A stretch of 64,000 bases of DNA from NCBI GenBank assembly GCA_977018835.1, contig OZ361257.1, positions 2,790,001 to 2,854,000 of the forward strand, given 5' to 3'. The notes below the pieces were generated by a model. The model did no database searches and was not told the DNA's origin. It saw only the letters and a program-made list of their open reading frames with translations. Shown piece by piece: positions 1-11,746 of this stretch (positions are counted from its first letter, which is position 1; each line of letters starts with the position of its first letter). Both the position numbers and the translations under genes were made by a program. This stretch comes from Minutocellus sp. GHC0000111 (lineage: Eukaryota).

Positions 1-720
1 TCATTCGACCTTCCCTCCGCCACGCCCATGGTAACAAGTCCAATGTCAGTTCATACTCAGTATGCTCTTACCCCAAGCCGCTCATGCCCGTCGTTCAGCA
101 ACCTTCAATTGTCATCCCCTACCATCTTGGAGCCCTTGCCTCCAACCGAACCAATCGAACGACAGATTTAACGAGAGGTTGAGGAACATCGGAGGCTTGC
201 GTGCTTTTTGACGTACGGAGAAGCACCACTACCACAAGATATAAAGAACTACAAGTCACCCACATGTAGTCAGAGGCCCGAACCAAGAAGAAAAGAGAAA
301 GGGGTCTACCTCCCCTTCAAACAAGTTCCTGGTTGGGGTAGCGAGGTCGCGGTCACCACAATGCTAGGCATGATCGAAGTCGATCGCCAAGTAAGAGAGG
401 GTCGTGGTGCCTACCCGAAAGGGTGGAGAAGCAGAGAACTCGGATTGTATGATAACAAGACAATAGAATTCTCTATTGCATTATCTACTGACAAGATTGC
501 ATTAGATGCATATAAGTTGGGATATGAGGATGGGAGTAAACAACCAACTGCTCACCCTGCCCTCACTGACAATAAACTTGCCGATGCATATGGTGTGAAG
601 CGCGGAAAGATTCGTCAGTCCCTCCACGCTGTGTGGCTTTCTAATGATCATAAGAAGGCCAAGGAGGCAAAAAAGAATACCGGTAGAAATAGAAGAACAA
701 AGAAGCCCACCGTGATATAA
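1..720 (+). pseudogene. 3' part of the mariner-associated unknown ORF, with nonsense codon
   Basis: Matches 43921-44640, but TAA at 169-171 replaces GAA. Confidence 0.6.
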
Positions 721-815
721 ACAAACCAATGCTGCTGCATCTTACATGTAGATCTATAAATAATTTGTAGACGTGTAACATTTATTTAATACATGTGTAA
801 AGACATTAACACTAT

Positions 816-1196
816 CTATTTATTAGAAGGATGACGAGCTGAGGGCTCCATCCCCTTGGCCGTTTCGTTGAAGTCGATCCTAATTCCAGTGTGCAAGTTT
901 TCGTCACCCAACCTTCCAACAAACTCATTGCTACCACCGGCCTTAATCACCAGGCCCATTATCCTCCAGTACTGAATGAAGGCCGAAGCAATTTTGCAGT
1001 TAGGCATGCTATCGTAAACGTCCTCGGCAGTGTCCCAGATCTGGTCGGTGGAAATGACGGAGGTGCCTACCATTTTTCGTGCCCATTCCGAGTGCCGCCG
1101 GCTCATCGCGGGGAACACGCTCAAGTCAAGGACGTTGGCGTGAGGCATCTGCGGTGCCTGTGGCTGCCACGTCCAGCCTTGCTCAGCACAGAAGTT
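816..1196 (-). pseudogene. C-terminal remnant of Tc1/mariner transposase, cut by deletion
   Basis: Encodes QPQAPQMPHANVLDLSVF; identity to 11747-12127 stops at the 1196 junction. Confidence 0.85.
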
Positions 1197-4089
1197 TATA
1201 AAGGAAGAGGAACGAAATGAGGTAGGTACCCTGTTAGAGACTCTTAAAACGAAAGGTCCAACGCGACCGCAAATCTAACGATGGAAAAAGTCACTTACCC
1301 ATCTCGAATATTAATTTCCTCGTCGGTGAGACGCTGCAACTCTCCAGCGAATCCGGTATTGATTTTAAACGAATCAAAGCCATATTTATAGGGCAATACG
1401 ACCAGAGGATTCTCCTTCAGCTTGATCAAAGCATCGACCACAAATTGGATTTGATGATAGTTGAACCTGCCCTGGTCAAAGTTTTGCATGTAATATGCTG
1501 CATTTGCACCGTCAACGATGGCAGTGAATGGTTCTCCGGTTCGAGTGCTTTCGTTCAAGATGTCATGGCAATTGTCGTGTCATTACAAGAGAGAGAGAGA
1601 GAGAGAGAAAATTGAACAAAGGCACGAAAAATGGCCCATCGGTGAGTGACGACTAGCGCATACAGAGGGAAAAATCGGCAAAGCAAAGGGGGGAACAAAA
1701 TGATACTCACTCGAGCCAATCTGCAAAGCGACTCATTTCTTCAACGGCCCGCCGAGCGTCTTCCTTCTCCTTTTGTTTGTTGCCTCTAGCAAATTTGGCA
1801 GTTTCAGAAGCGGCGAGCTTCGCTAGGCTTGCTCTCAGCTGCTTTCTCTGCTCTTCATCCAGCATAACTAGTCTCAGCCTTGCCTTCGTCCTTGGACAGA
1901 CGCCGGTTTCGTGATCTACAGAGATCCGACTTGCAACGACTTCATCATGTTCAGCGACATCATTGAAAACACGCATTCCAGCCAGCGAATGCATCTCCTG
2001 TAAATTTCGCCCTTCGTGTTGATCCTTGAATCCAATAGCAAGAGCATTATACATCTTCCTTGCAGAGGCGGCAGTTATCTCCATGATATCTTCTGCCATT
2101 TCTGTTACAAGCTCATCGAACAATCCCAGGCCACTTGTCTGGGAATAGCCAAGGTCAGTGGCAATGTCAATCGGCTCCGCATCTTCGCGGAAGCAGCCGT
2201 TCTCCGCAAGGGCTGATATCAGCATTACATAATTCTCTGGCTCCAAATGAACTGTTTCTGTGTTCCTCATCCGCTTAAAGAGTTTGAGAGCCGAGCTCAC
2301 CTCCCCACTTTGGCAATACAGGCTCAATATTGGAAGATAAGAACGAAGTCGGACGACCGTACCTTCTTTGGACGCAAATATTTCCAACAATTGTTCCGCT
2401 CCCTGAGCATCGCCCTTGGATATTAAGCCTTTTACACGAAGCGAGGTGCTATTGTCAGTCGGCTCGTAGAGCATGTCGTGCCAAAGAGCAACTTCATCTT
2501 GGATATTCACACCATCATCTTTCTCCTCCTCCTCCTTTTCTTCAATAGCATCATCCTTGTTAGCACTCTCAGCGTCGTCCATACGTGTACCCGAAATACC
2601 ACAAAAAAGCGAGCTGATTGAAGAAAACTTACTTCCCCCTCTGTGACTGTCTCTCCTCGCAAATGTAGAGAGCACTGATCCGCCGGTACTTACAACGTAC
2701 AATATAGTGCTCATCAGGTCTTTGTGAGGCATCATTCCAGATTCCTTTATCTTTTCCCACATGACTTCCACAGGGGCCGCCCTGGCACGTTTGGCGCAAT
2801 TGGTCGCCAAGACCTGCACAGCTTTCTCAGCAACTTCATATTGCTTGAGCGTTAGGCCAGTCTCTTCGAGAAAAGATGCTCTCTGCTTTTCTAGTTCGCT
2901 CCGGAACCGATGCCCAAATGATTCTTCCTGTCCGTCGCTCATGCCGCACGGCGCTACTGGTTCTGAACTGCAGGCCTGTCTAAGCGTTGGCAAATCATAT
3001 GGGATAGTTCTCTGATTATTCAAAAGCCATTTGTAGACAGGACGGAGGAATTCTTGCTTCTCATCTTCTGTGGTATTCTTCATGCCCCTAGTCCTCATTT
3101 GAACAAATCTTTCTCTCTCAAGTTCTTCTCGCATGAGAGTTTCGTACTGCTCGAATGTTTCCTTGTCGTAAGCATTTGGATTCACAGGTTCCGGTTCGAA
3201 ATTGGCACCATCGTCTGTTGTATCGAATATCGACCGGGCTCTTTCATTTGGCGGCGCAAGATTATAGTCTCCGGAAAAAATGGAAGCGCTGGTGCTACTG
3301 GGGCCGTCGATGCTGCTAGAAGTACCTCTGCCTCTGTCGCCATTGGTAGAAAATTCGTCTCCGCGTCTACTCGCTTCCCTAGGGCCGAATGAGGAACGAT
3401 CTTGGTCAATATCATTTCGTCGTCCTCCGTCGGGGTCGGGGTAGTTGTCCAGCCTGTCAAGTAAGTTGGCCAAGGTCGACCCCATCCCACCTCGATTCAT
3501 ACTTGTGCCAATCTTGTCGGCCCGGCGCCTTTCAATCAAGTCATCTACCTCATCAAAGAAAGAAACGAACTTCTTTTCCCCGTTTGGCCGACTTCCTTCC
3601 CTTCCTCTTCTTGAACTCAACCGCCGGCCGTCTCTATCTTGGTTGTAGATGCTGCTCAGAGTTGGCCTTTGGTTGTCATTGTTTACAGTTGAGTTGTCAT
3701 CCTCATCCACCAATAGACTGCTCAATGGTGGCATGGGATTACTCTGAGATCTGGCATCATTCTGTCGCTGCCGCTCCCGCTCGTTCCGGGCGGAGGTTTC
3801 TCCCCACAGATCAAGAGGGGACTTGCGCACGGACGTTTCATCCGTCGTGGGTCTACTCCGATATCTATAGTCGACACCATCGTCCGCAGTTGCAGCAGCC
3901 ACGTCCTCCCCATTCCTCATGGCTCGCAACGCAGCAGCACTGTCCCGTGGGGTGTGATCGTCACCATCATCAAAAATGGACGAGGAAAATACTCGTGTTG
4001 TCAGAAGCACTTCTGGCTCGCAGATGACCAGCAGACAAACGTGATCGCAGCACCCGAGATGATGGTGCTCTCAAAGGAAGTCTCAACAT
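1197..4089 (-). pseudogene. PRORP: Truncated PRORP copy (exons 1-2 only; exon 3 and its splice acceptor deleted)
   Basis: Matches the intact copy at ~49034-51927. The deletion at 1196 removes the intron-2 acceptor and the DDYYW/SNDQMRDH exon. Also a 2-nt loss near 4022. Confidence 0.85.
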
Positions 4090-4445
4090 GTCGTCCGATA
4101 CACTGCGTCAATAGTACGCCCAATGCACCAGCATACACCCAAGCTATCTGGTTGGCAGATTTGTTGATTTGTTTTACGCACGGACGGACGGCGACGACGC
4201 GGCGGCTCCCCCGCACTCCATTATTTTTTAGTCGAATAAGTCAAGTAAGCAAATCAGTTGGTCTAAGCGCAAGAACAGCGCAAGGAAAAACATGTGACGC
4301 ACCACAGTACGTGTTGCAGATGGTGCGTCGTCGCTCAACGAAGTGCTTGTTCTCGCTTTGCTCACATCATATTCTTTCCCGGACCTTCTCCCTTCCGCTA
4401 CGTTACTGGCTAGACTAGAGCTATTAGCTGCAACAATAGGAAACC

Positions 4446-6395
4446 ATGACCGAAACATCTGGATTCGACGTCGTAAGTTGCCTGCTCCTGTATTTCTCTG
4501 CGGCCCTTATCCTACCGGTCGGTGATGTGCCGATGTATCGGTTTTCACGGAAAATCTTTCTTGGATTCTTCTTTTTGTATGATGTGGTGTGGAACAAAGA
4601 GTCTTTGTGGGAGAGAAATGACTTTCTTGTCGCTGAGAGGCTATGGAGATGGTCCGTTTGCGCCAACTAAATGTCCAATGAGCACCAACTTGGTTGATAC
4701 AAATCAACACTTGCGCTTGTTCTTTCACAGCGACGAATTGGAATGGATCGGAATAATCGGACGCTAAAGAACAATGCCCTCTATTCCGAGATTCACCATT
4801 CCTGCATTTCTTGGCGATCCGATGGACCGTTCATCTTTCTCCGTATACACTTCAACTATTTATTCTCAATGCACTATACTGATACTATATAATTTCCTCT
4901 TGTATTTTTCTGTCCGAACGCTCCCAATGATGTGTTGTATTGACTTTGCCAATGCCAATGCCAAATTAATGTCCATGAATCAACTTCCGCGGTACCATTT
5001 CTCAACGGATGGCGATGACAGGACGCCCCGACCCTCAATCGGTTCGTAATGGCCAACACTCGTGATCACGAGCTTGTGATCCTTGTCAACGCTATCGGTA
5101 CCTCCTGCAAGCTCATTGCCTCGGCCGTCAAGCGGGCAGGTGTTGCTCAGCTCTATGGCCTTGCAGGTGAGGTGAACAGTACCGGCGATGACCAGAAGAA
5201 GCTCGACGTTATGTCCGATGACATGACGATCAACGCCCTTGTCAACTCTGGAGTTTGCTCCGTCCTCGTTTCTGAAGAGAAGGAGGAGCCCATCATCGTC
5301 CCCAAGGAGAAGGCTGGCAAGTTCTGCGTCGCCTTCGATCCTCTCGACGGATCCAGTAACATTGACTGCAACGTCTCGGTCGGTACCATTTTCAGTGTTT
5401 TCGAAAAGAAGGAAGGATCCGAGGGAACCGTCGATGATCTTCTCCGGTCTGGGGCTGAATGCGTCTGCGCTGGTTACTGTGTCTACAGTTCTGCCGTCGA
5501 GCTTGTCTTCACCTTCCAGGGCGGCGGAGTCCACGGCTTCTGCCTCGACCCCGCCATCGGTGAGTTCATCCACACTCGTCTTGTTGTTCCTGTACTTGTG
5601 TCCGCTCTGGCACCAGAGATTCCGGCCGCTCATTTATCTCGAGTGTCAAGGCTTGTCTCTGAAGCTCTCGGGGATAAAGATGTCGGTGGCGGTACCGATG
5701 CCACGATGGATTCCGCTGCTGCAGCACGATACGCCTCAGTAAGGAGTGCTGTGGCAGACTTTAATCGGGACATGCCAGTACCAGCCAATGAACTCGTCTA
5801 CGGCGAACTCTCTGTGCCAACCCTTGGAAGAATCTTAGATGCGGTTGGGTTGGAAGAGCAAGAAACATTTTTGGACGTAGGTTCTGGAGATGGCGCATGC
5901 GTTCTTGGGGCGTCCCTTCTATACAATCAAGATGATTCCCTGGTAATACCCAAATGCATTGGGGTAGAGATTGTGCCTGGATTGGTCGATAGGTCAGAGC
6001 ACCATGCTGAAAACTTGGCCGACATATTACAAAGAGAGAAGGGGAGTGGCAGCAGCTTGAGGCAAGCACAAGCTCAGGTTGAGTTTTTACTTGGTGATAT
6101 TCACGATAGCAGTGATCGGGTGATGTCACGAGTTCTTTCGCAAGCAACGGTTGTGGTATGCTTCGCTACAACATGGTGTGCGAGCAATACAGAAACAGGC
6201 GACAAAACGTCCTTGCAAGGTCGAAGATTACCTAACCTCTCTCAGGCTCTATCGGCGTTGAAGAGAGGAGCCAGGGTCGTTATAATCGATGGCAAATTGA
6301 ATTCTCGTGATGGCTTTGCTTGGCAAGGAGACTTGCGCATTGTTTGCCCGGATACAGCACCCTACTCTACCGCAACCTTGTACCATAAGCAATGA
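4446..6395 (+). CDS. Chimeric ORF: N-terminal 195 aa of cytosolic FBPase fused in frame to 271 aa of a DOT1-like methyltransferase
   Basis: Exon 4446-4472, intron, exon 5022-6395. The translation ...GEFIHTR|LVVPVLVS... switches from 20422 (FBPase) to 38604 (methyltransferase) at position 5579. Confidence 0.8.
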
Positions 6396-6465
6396 TTATT
6401 TACTGACGGTCCACACATACAGCAATAGAGCTTCACTCATACTTTATTATCGCAGCTTTTTGGTA

Positions 6466-6567
6466 TATATTACAAATCAGCAAAGAATGTCACTAGTAGG
6501 CGAACAGTAGTATATTACAAATCAGCAAAGAATGTCACTAGTAGGCAGCAAAGAATGTCACTAGTAG
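6466..6567. repeat. Short direct repeat (core CAGCAAAGAATGTCACTAGTAG x3; first two copies 45 bp apart)
   Basis: Seen directly; repeated at ~39491-39592. Confidence 0.85.
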
Positions 6568-6790
6568 CGGCTTTGTAGTATATATACACATACTGCAGCA
6601 AAGTGAGTCTGCTACGTAGATCACCTACCGGTATGTAGCTACATTTAGGACATGAAAGTACGTACATTAGAACCTGTATGACAAGGATGATTGCTAAAAT
6701 AAGGTCGTCACTCTTTGGTGATAAGTTACAGTCCAGTACTACATAAACTTCACATACCATGTGGCAGGCATGACCTTCAAGTCAGTTCCG

Positions 6791-7270
6791 TCACGGCTTT
6801 TCCCCGCGTCTCTTCCCTTGTCCATAAGGAGGATGCTTGTTATACAAAATTTCAATGGCTGGATAATTCACTTTCCTAATTCCTTGATCCTCGTCTGTCT
6901 CCTCGCCCGGCGTCACATCGCTGGAGGAGCATTGGTCCGGCGTGAAGCACATTGCTGAACACACCGAGAGAAGGACTGAGTTGTCGCCCAATTCTCCACA
7001 CGCAATCTCACTCCAAAATGAAGAATTTCGTCGGTGATAGTTGTGGCGTGGTCTGCTTCGCCCTCCTAGCTTCTTGGTATTGGTGTCGCCCTCTACAAAA
7101 GTGCGGGCGTCGTCGTCGTCGTCGTCGTCGTCGTCATTGTCGTCATTGTCGTCAATGGTGAGCGAATCTCCACAGAATACATGTATGGTCGATGGGAAGG
7201 ATCGACAGGAAGACTCGTCGTAAGGGTCCTCTGGTGCCCTAAGGCGCGATTCCACGTAGTCTTTCCACAT
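6791..7270 (-). CDS. Hypothetical acidic protein (poly-Asp tract)
   Basis: ATG-initiated 159-aa ORF, kept in frame in both copies despite a 15-nt difference in the Asp tract; no motif recognised. Confidence 0.4.
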   Translation of the reverse strand: MWKDYVESRLRAPEDPYDESSCRSFPSTIHVFCGDSLTIDDNDDNDDDDDDDDDARTFVEGDTNTKKLGGRSRPRHNYHRRNSSFWSEIACGELGDNSVLLSVCSAMCFTPDQCSSSDVTPGEETDEDQGIRKVNYPAIEILYNKHPPYGQGKRRGEKP

Positions 7271-7669
7271 TGAGACTCAACTGTCACACGCAACAAGTAG
7301 ACGGGATTCTTGTTTATTGCTACGTACTAGTAGCTTTTGATCGGATGTAGCCGAAACAGTGGAGCACTTCGCGTGTTGCTCGCAATCAATTAATTTGCTG
7401 AGGAAATGATCACTGAGCAGAGAGTGAAAATGGATAGCCAAATAGCACGTGCGTGTGAGGCCACTTGCTGGTCATTGTGCTAACCTTCCAGGAGCTACTC
7501 CTAGCTACGTAGCTAGATACGAGAGTATGCAAGCTGCGCCATTGGCGGCTTTCGACTATGAAAGATCAAAGCACAAGATTCACTCGATTCATCAAAGATG
7601 CGCGCAAGCACCGAGCGCATCTTTGAAAAATGGCCCAACAACCAGGAGATTGGTAGAAACCTCTGAAAT

Positions 7670-7806
7670 GAATGACGAATCGAATGAATCGAATCGAATG
7701 AATCGAATCGAATGAATCGAATCGAATGAATCGAATGAATCGAATCGAATGAATCGAATGAATCATCGAATGAATCGAATGAATCATCGAATGAATCGAA
7801 TCGAAT
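7670..7806. repeat. (GAATC/GAAT)n compound microsatellite
   Basis: Run of gaatcgaatgaatc...; a shorter allele is at ~40680-40791. Confidence 0.92.
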
Positions 7807-8403
7807 AACATCTGGAAGCAGCCACAGCCCCATCTCGTCTTGTTTCGCCGGTCGGATGAAGCGTTTTTCGGCAGAAGACGAACACGTCACGAAGAAACCC
7901 ACCAAAACCCAATCTCGTTCGTCACCCATTCTTTGACCGTCCAACACCATGGTGGTCCGTCGGCGTTGCGCCGGCGTGTAACCATGTTTTCGCACCAAAC
8001 ACGCATTCATTGTCATGTTTGGACACAGTTGAAGCTCACTGCATCCTCAGATTGGCCTCCGCTGCGTGTCAACGCCACGAGCCATCGGCCTGCTTTTCCT
8101 CCATCTGTCGGCCGTTCGTTTCTCTGGGGTGGTGCCATTGCTCTCCGTCTTTGTGCTCGTCGTGCTCCCGTTGTGATGCCCCAGACCCTCTGGCACTTTC
8201 CCACGTTGTTGTTGATGACAAACTGCCGGGATTGCGCCGCACCCCCCGCATGGCCGACTCTCGCTGATCCCGACCGATGATCGCATCCCCACTCGACCTC
8301 CCGGATTTGTTGCGCCCGAGGAGAGACAGACAGTGTTGGGATAAGTTCATGCAACAATCAACCCGACAAAGGGACTTTTTGGTCTGGGAGACAAATGGGT
8401 GAG

Positions 8404-9032
8404 TTAAGAAGGACGTGATGTGTTTGTTTGGGTGTGCTGTTTGCTTTTTTGCTCAATCGCGATGCTGTCCCCCCGCCTCTCCTCGACCTTTGGATTGGAT
8501 GCCCTCTCCTCAGCCTTGAACTGCGCCGTCTGTTGGGCCTCATGTCCCTTGACGCCCTGAGTCCGACGATCTTCCTTAACGCCCTCTTGGTGGGCTCGCT
8601 CCACAAACGATTCGTCGAGCCAACAGATGCCGCCCCATCCATTCTTCACTCTAGCCAAATGTGTTGGTCCAAGATGTGATCTTCGAGCAAGTGCCACTTT
8701 GGCGTCATGCCAATGCCGATTGCCCGTGCTTGCTTGAGGGCACTTGCAATCAATGCTTCAAGCTCTCTCACAGCCTTCTTTGCCTCATCATCCCATTTCA
8801 TGCACCATTTCAGAAACCTGGAACATGTTGCGTCAAGAGTGTGGAGCAAATTAGAGCAAGCTTTGCAGAGCTCTTTGATGTCGTCATCCGTCATGCCATC
8901 TTCCTCGCGATTGTGCTCTAGGAGAGTTCCTTTGGTGGAGGTGTTGTGGTGGATGAACTCTGTTGTCCTTGGTTTCTTCTTGTTGTTGCCATCATCAGAA
9001 ACATTAACAACAGACAAAGCTCTCCCCAGCAC
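8404..9032 (-). mobile_element. Decayed Transib/Chapaev(RAG1)-like transposase C-terminal fragment
   Basis: MTPKWHLLEDH, then in another frame GGICWLDESFVERAHQEGVKEDRR. This resembles the TPKxH..H and G...E..E..H helix carrying the catalytic Glu in this group. Frameshifted, and no Tyr in the 128-aa ORF. Confidence 0.55.
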
Positions 9033-10514
9033 TCTGCCAGCACTGCCCTTGTTTCACCTGAGTCGGCCGCCTCAATGCCGGCCTTTTTCAGGAAATGGAA
9101 GTGAGGGGCATCGTCATCCTCGGCATCGACAGCTCCCATCTCTGGCTCGCCATCACCGTGCTTCTGACGACTCTTCTCAAAGCACTGCTGCATGCATGCG
9201 CTTCATGTGCAGCGTCCTCTCTTGCAACATCAGCTTCGTCCTCACAACAGGGCACACAGTCCTCGTCTTCGTCGTCATCGTCCTCACTGATCTCGCCGGC
9301 CTCCGTCGTGGTCAGGGTGCCCACCGTCCCAACATCGTCGTCGTCATTGTCCCACCCATCGCCCTGCCTGGCCATCACACCCACCAGGGAACTTCTGGGC
9401 CTCGAGCAACATCTGCCTGTTGACTTCGTAGTCCATCGCCGCATGTCCCACCGACACATGTGGTGCGACCGACTTGAGGAATGCATCACATGCCTTCGTC
9501 AAATTGAGCCGCGGCGGCGGCATTTCGAGGCGAAATTGTTGCTCGACCGTGACCACGTCGAAAGCCACATCCATCCATCATCATCATGGAGAGCGTCGGC
9601 TGCACGAGGATTGACAGAACCGAGGCGAACAAATGTGCTCTTTTTGTGTGGGGTTCGCTGAACGTCGTCGGCAAGGCAGTGTCTTGACACCATTTCATCC
9701 CATCCATTCTGGTTGTCTGTCCTCACAAAAAACACGTCGCAGTGTGTCTTCGTCGTCGTGTGTTTCTTCTTCTTCAAACCCAAGATGCCCGCAGTGTGCA
9801 CGACGGCGCCGCACATGATGGGACTGCATCCCAACACATTCATCAAGGAGTCGTTGTTGTTGCCGATGAAATTGTAGCAATGAAGTTCCTTTCTGCGAAG
9901 ACGGACGAGTGGTTCAGCCAGGCAGGGCGTCCTGCACCGCAACTCTGTCTGCGGTGTTGACCGCGGGATTGCGGCCGTTGTTTTTTTGCTCATGGAGAGT
10001 TGTGGATCGAGACCAACGGGAACATCACCAGGATGTCGGGAGCACCTGGTTGGTCTCGTGCCGTAACTCTCCCACACCAGCGCGAGATGTCGCCTTCGTT
10101 CTGCACGCAGCGGCGGCAATTTGAATTTTTGCCGCCATGGTGGCTCGCGTTGGGCGCGCCGGTCGGTTGCTTCGCGCGCCGGCCGGCCACCGAAAGTGCG
10201 ACCAAAAGTATGCGAGTCATCCGGCTGGCAGATGGTGCTGTGCTGACGCTGCTGCTGCAGCTGCTATCACAGGAATTCCTAGCTAGCAGCTGCGTGCCTA
10301 GGCCTAGGTGCCTACGAGGTCCGGGACAGCAATTTCGGGGACCCGGTTTTTTGGGTCTTTGGACTTTCCGACACGGCGGTTTGCGCGCACCTTGAAAAAC
10401 ACGCGGCAAAGCAAGCAAATCAAAACACATCCGTCAACAACCGACCTCCAAGCAATTACCACAAATAGACTGGGCAACTTCTGCCGACTGGCGCTTCAAG
10501 AAGCTTCCATACTC

Positions 10515-11651
10515 ATGGATACTCCAAAGGGACACATCTTCAGTCCACCGCGTCCACCGAAACGCGCCGAGGCGACTGCATTCAGCCCCTCGCGCCATGA
10601 GAAGGAAACTTCCAACGAAACGCCGGAACATCCGCGGTATCGAGAGAACAAGGACAACGATGACGAGGAGGACAACCAAGGGGTCCCACCGGCATCGTCA
10701 GACCTCACATCTCCTCGTGTGTTGAAATATCGACGCGAGTACAACGAAGAGGATGGCTTCGCCGCCGAACAAGCCCAAGCAAGGAAGTACTTGCATCATG
10801 ACATATTGCGTGCCGACTTTCGCGGTACCGCTACCGTTTCATCTCATTCTGATGAAGATGATTCATTCTCAGAGATGAGCATAGCAACCGCCGACGCAAA
10901 GCCAAGCGGCGAGAGGAGAAAGCCCGTGAGCTCATTCGACCTTCCCTCCGCCACGCCCATGGTAACAAGTCCAATGTCAGTTCATACTCAGCATGCTCTT
11001 ACCCCAAGCCGCTCATGCCCGTCGTTCAGCAACCTTCAATTGTCATCCCCTACCATCTTGGAGCCCTTGCCTCCAACCGAACCAACCGAACGACAGATTT
11101 AACGAGAGGTTGAGGAACATCGGAGGCTTGCGTGCTTTTTGACGTACGGAGAAGCACCACTACCACAAGACATAAAGAACTACAAGTCACCCACATGTAG
11201 TCAGAGGCCCGAACCAAGAAGAAAAGAGAAAGGGGTCTACCTCCCCTTCAAACAAGTTCCTGGTTGGGGTAGCGAGGTCGCGGTCACCACAATGCTAGGC
11301 ATGATCGAAGTCGATCGCCAAGTAAGAGAGGGTCGTGGTGCCTACCCGAAAGGGTGGAGAAGCAGAGAACTCGGATTGTATGATAACAAGACAATAGAAT
11401 TCTCTATTGCATTATCTACTGACAAGATTGCATTAGATGCATATAAGTTGGGATATGAGGATGGGAGTAAACAACCAACTGCTCACCCTGCCCTCACTGA
11501 CAATAAACTTGCCGATGCATATGGTGTGAAGCGCGGAAAGATTCGTCAGTCCCTCCACGCTGTGTGGCTTTCTAATGATCATAAGAAGGCCAAGGAGGCA
11601 AAAAAGAATACCGGTAGAAATAGAAGAACAAAGAAGCCCACCGTGATATAA
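10515..11651 (+). pseudogene. Mariner-associated unknown ORF interrupted by a nonsense codon
   Basis: TAA at 11100-11102, where the 43504-44640 copy has GAA. Confidence 0.6.
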
Positions 11652-11746
11652 ACAAACCAATGCTGCTGCATCTTACATGTAGATCTATAAATAATTTGTA
11701 GACGTGTAACATTTATTTAATACATGTGTAAAGACATTAACACTAT

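Larger units (their letters stand above)
1..5579. repeat. Rearranged extra copy: 1-1196 matches 10932-12127 and 1196-5579 matches 16045-20422
   Basis: Offsets of 10931 and then 14849-14843 against the downstream copy; sharp junctions at 1196 and 5579. Confidence 0.93.

Noticed and set aside
816..1560. In-frame PRORP::transposase fusion by cryptic splicing across the 1196 deletion
   Set aside because: Exon 2 ends in phase 2, and the nearest downstream AGs I checked give frames other than the transposase frame with early stops.
6466..6567. Repeat-spacer-repeat pattern resembling a CRISPR array
   Set aside because: Only 2-3 copies, spacers of 9 nt or less, eukaryotic 3' intergenic context and no cas genes.
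7670..7806. Telomeric repeat
   Set aside because: The motif is GAATC/GAAT, not TTAGGG-like, and it is interstitial.
7840..10430. Many overlapping 80-240 aa ORFs in all six frames
   Set aside because: Expected by-product of TpA loss, which removes TAA/TAG stops on both strands; not credible as separate genes.
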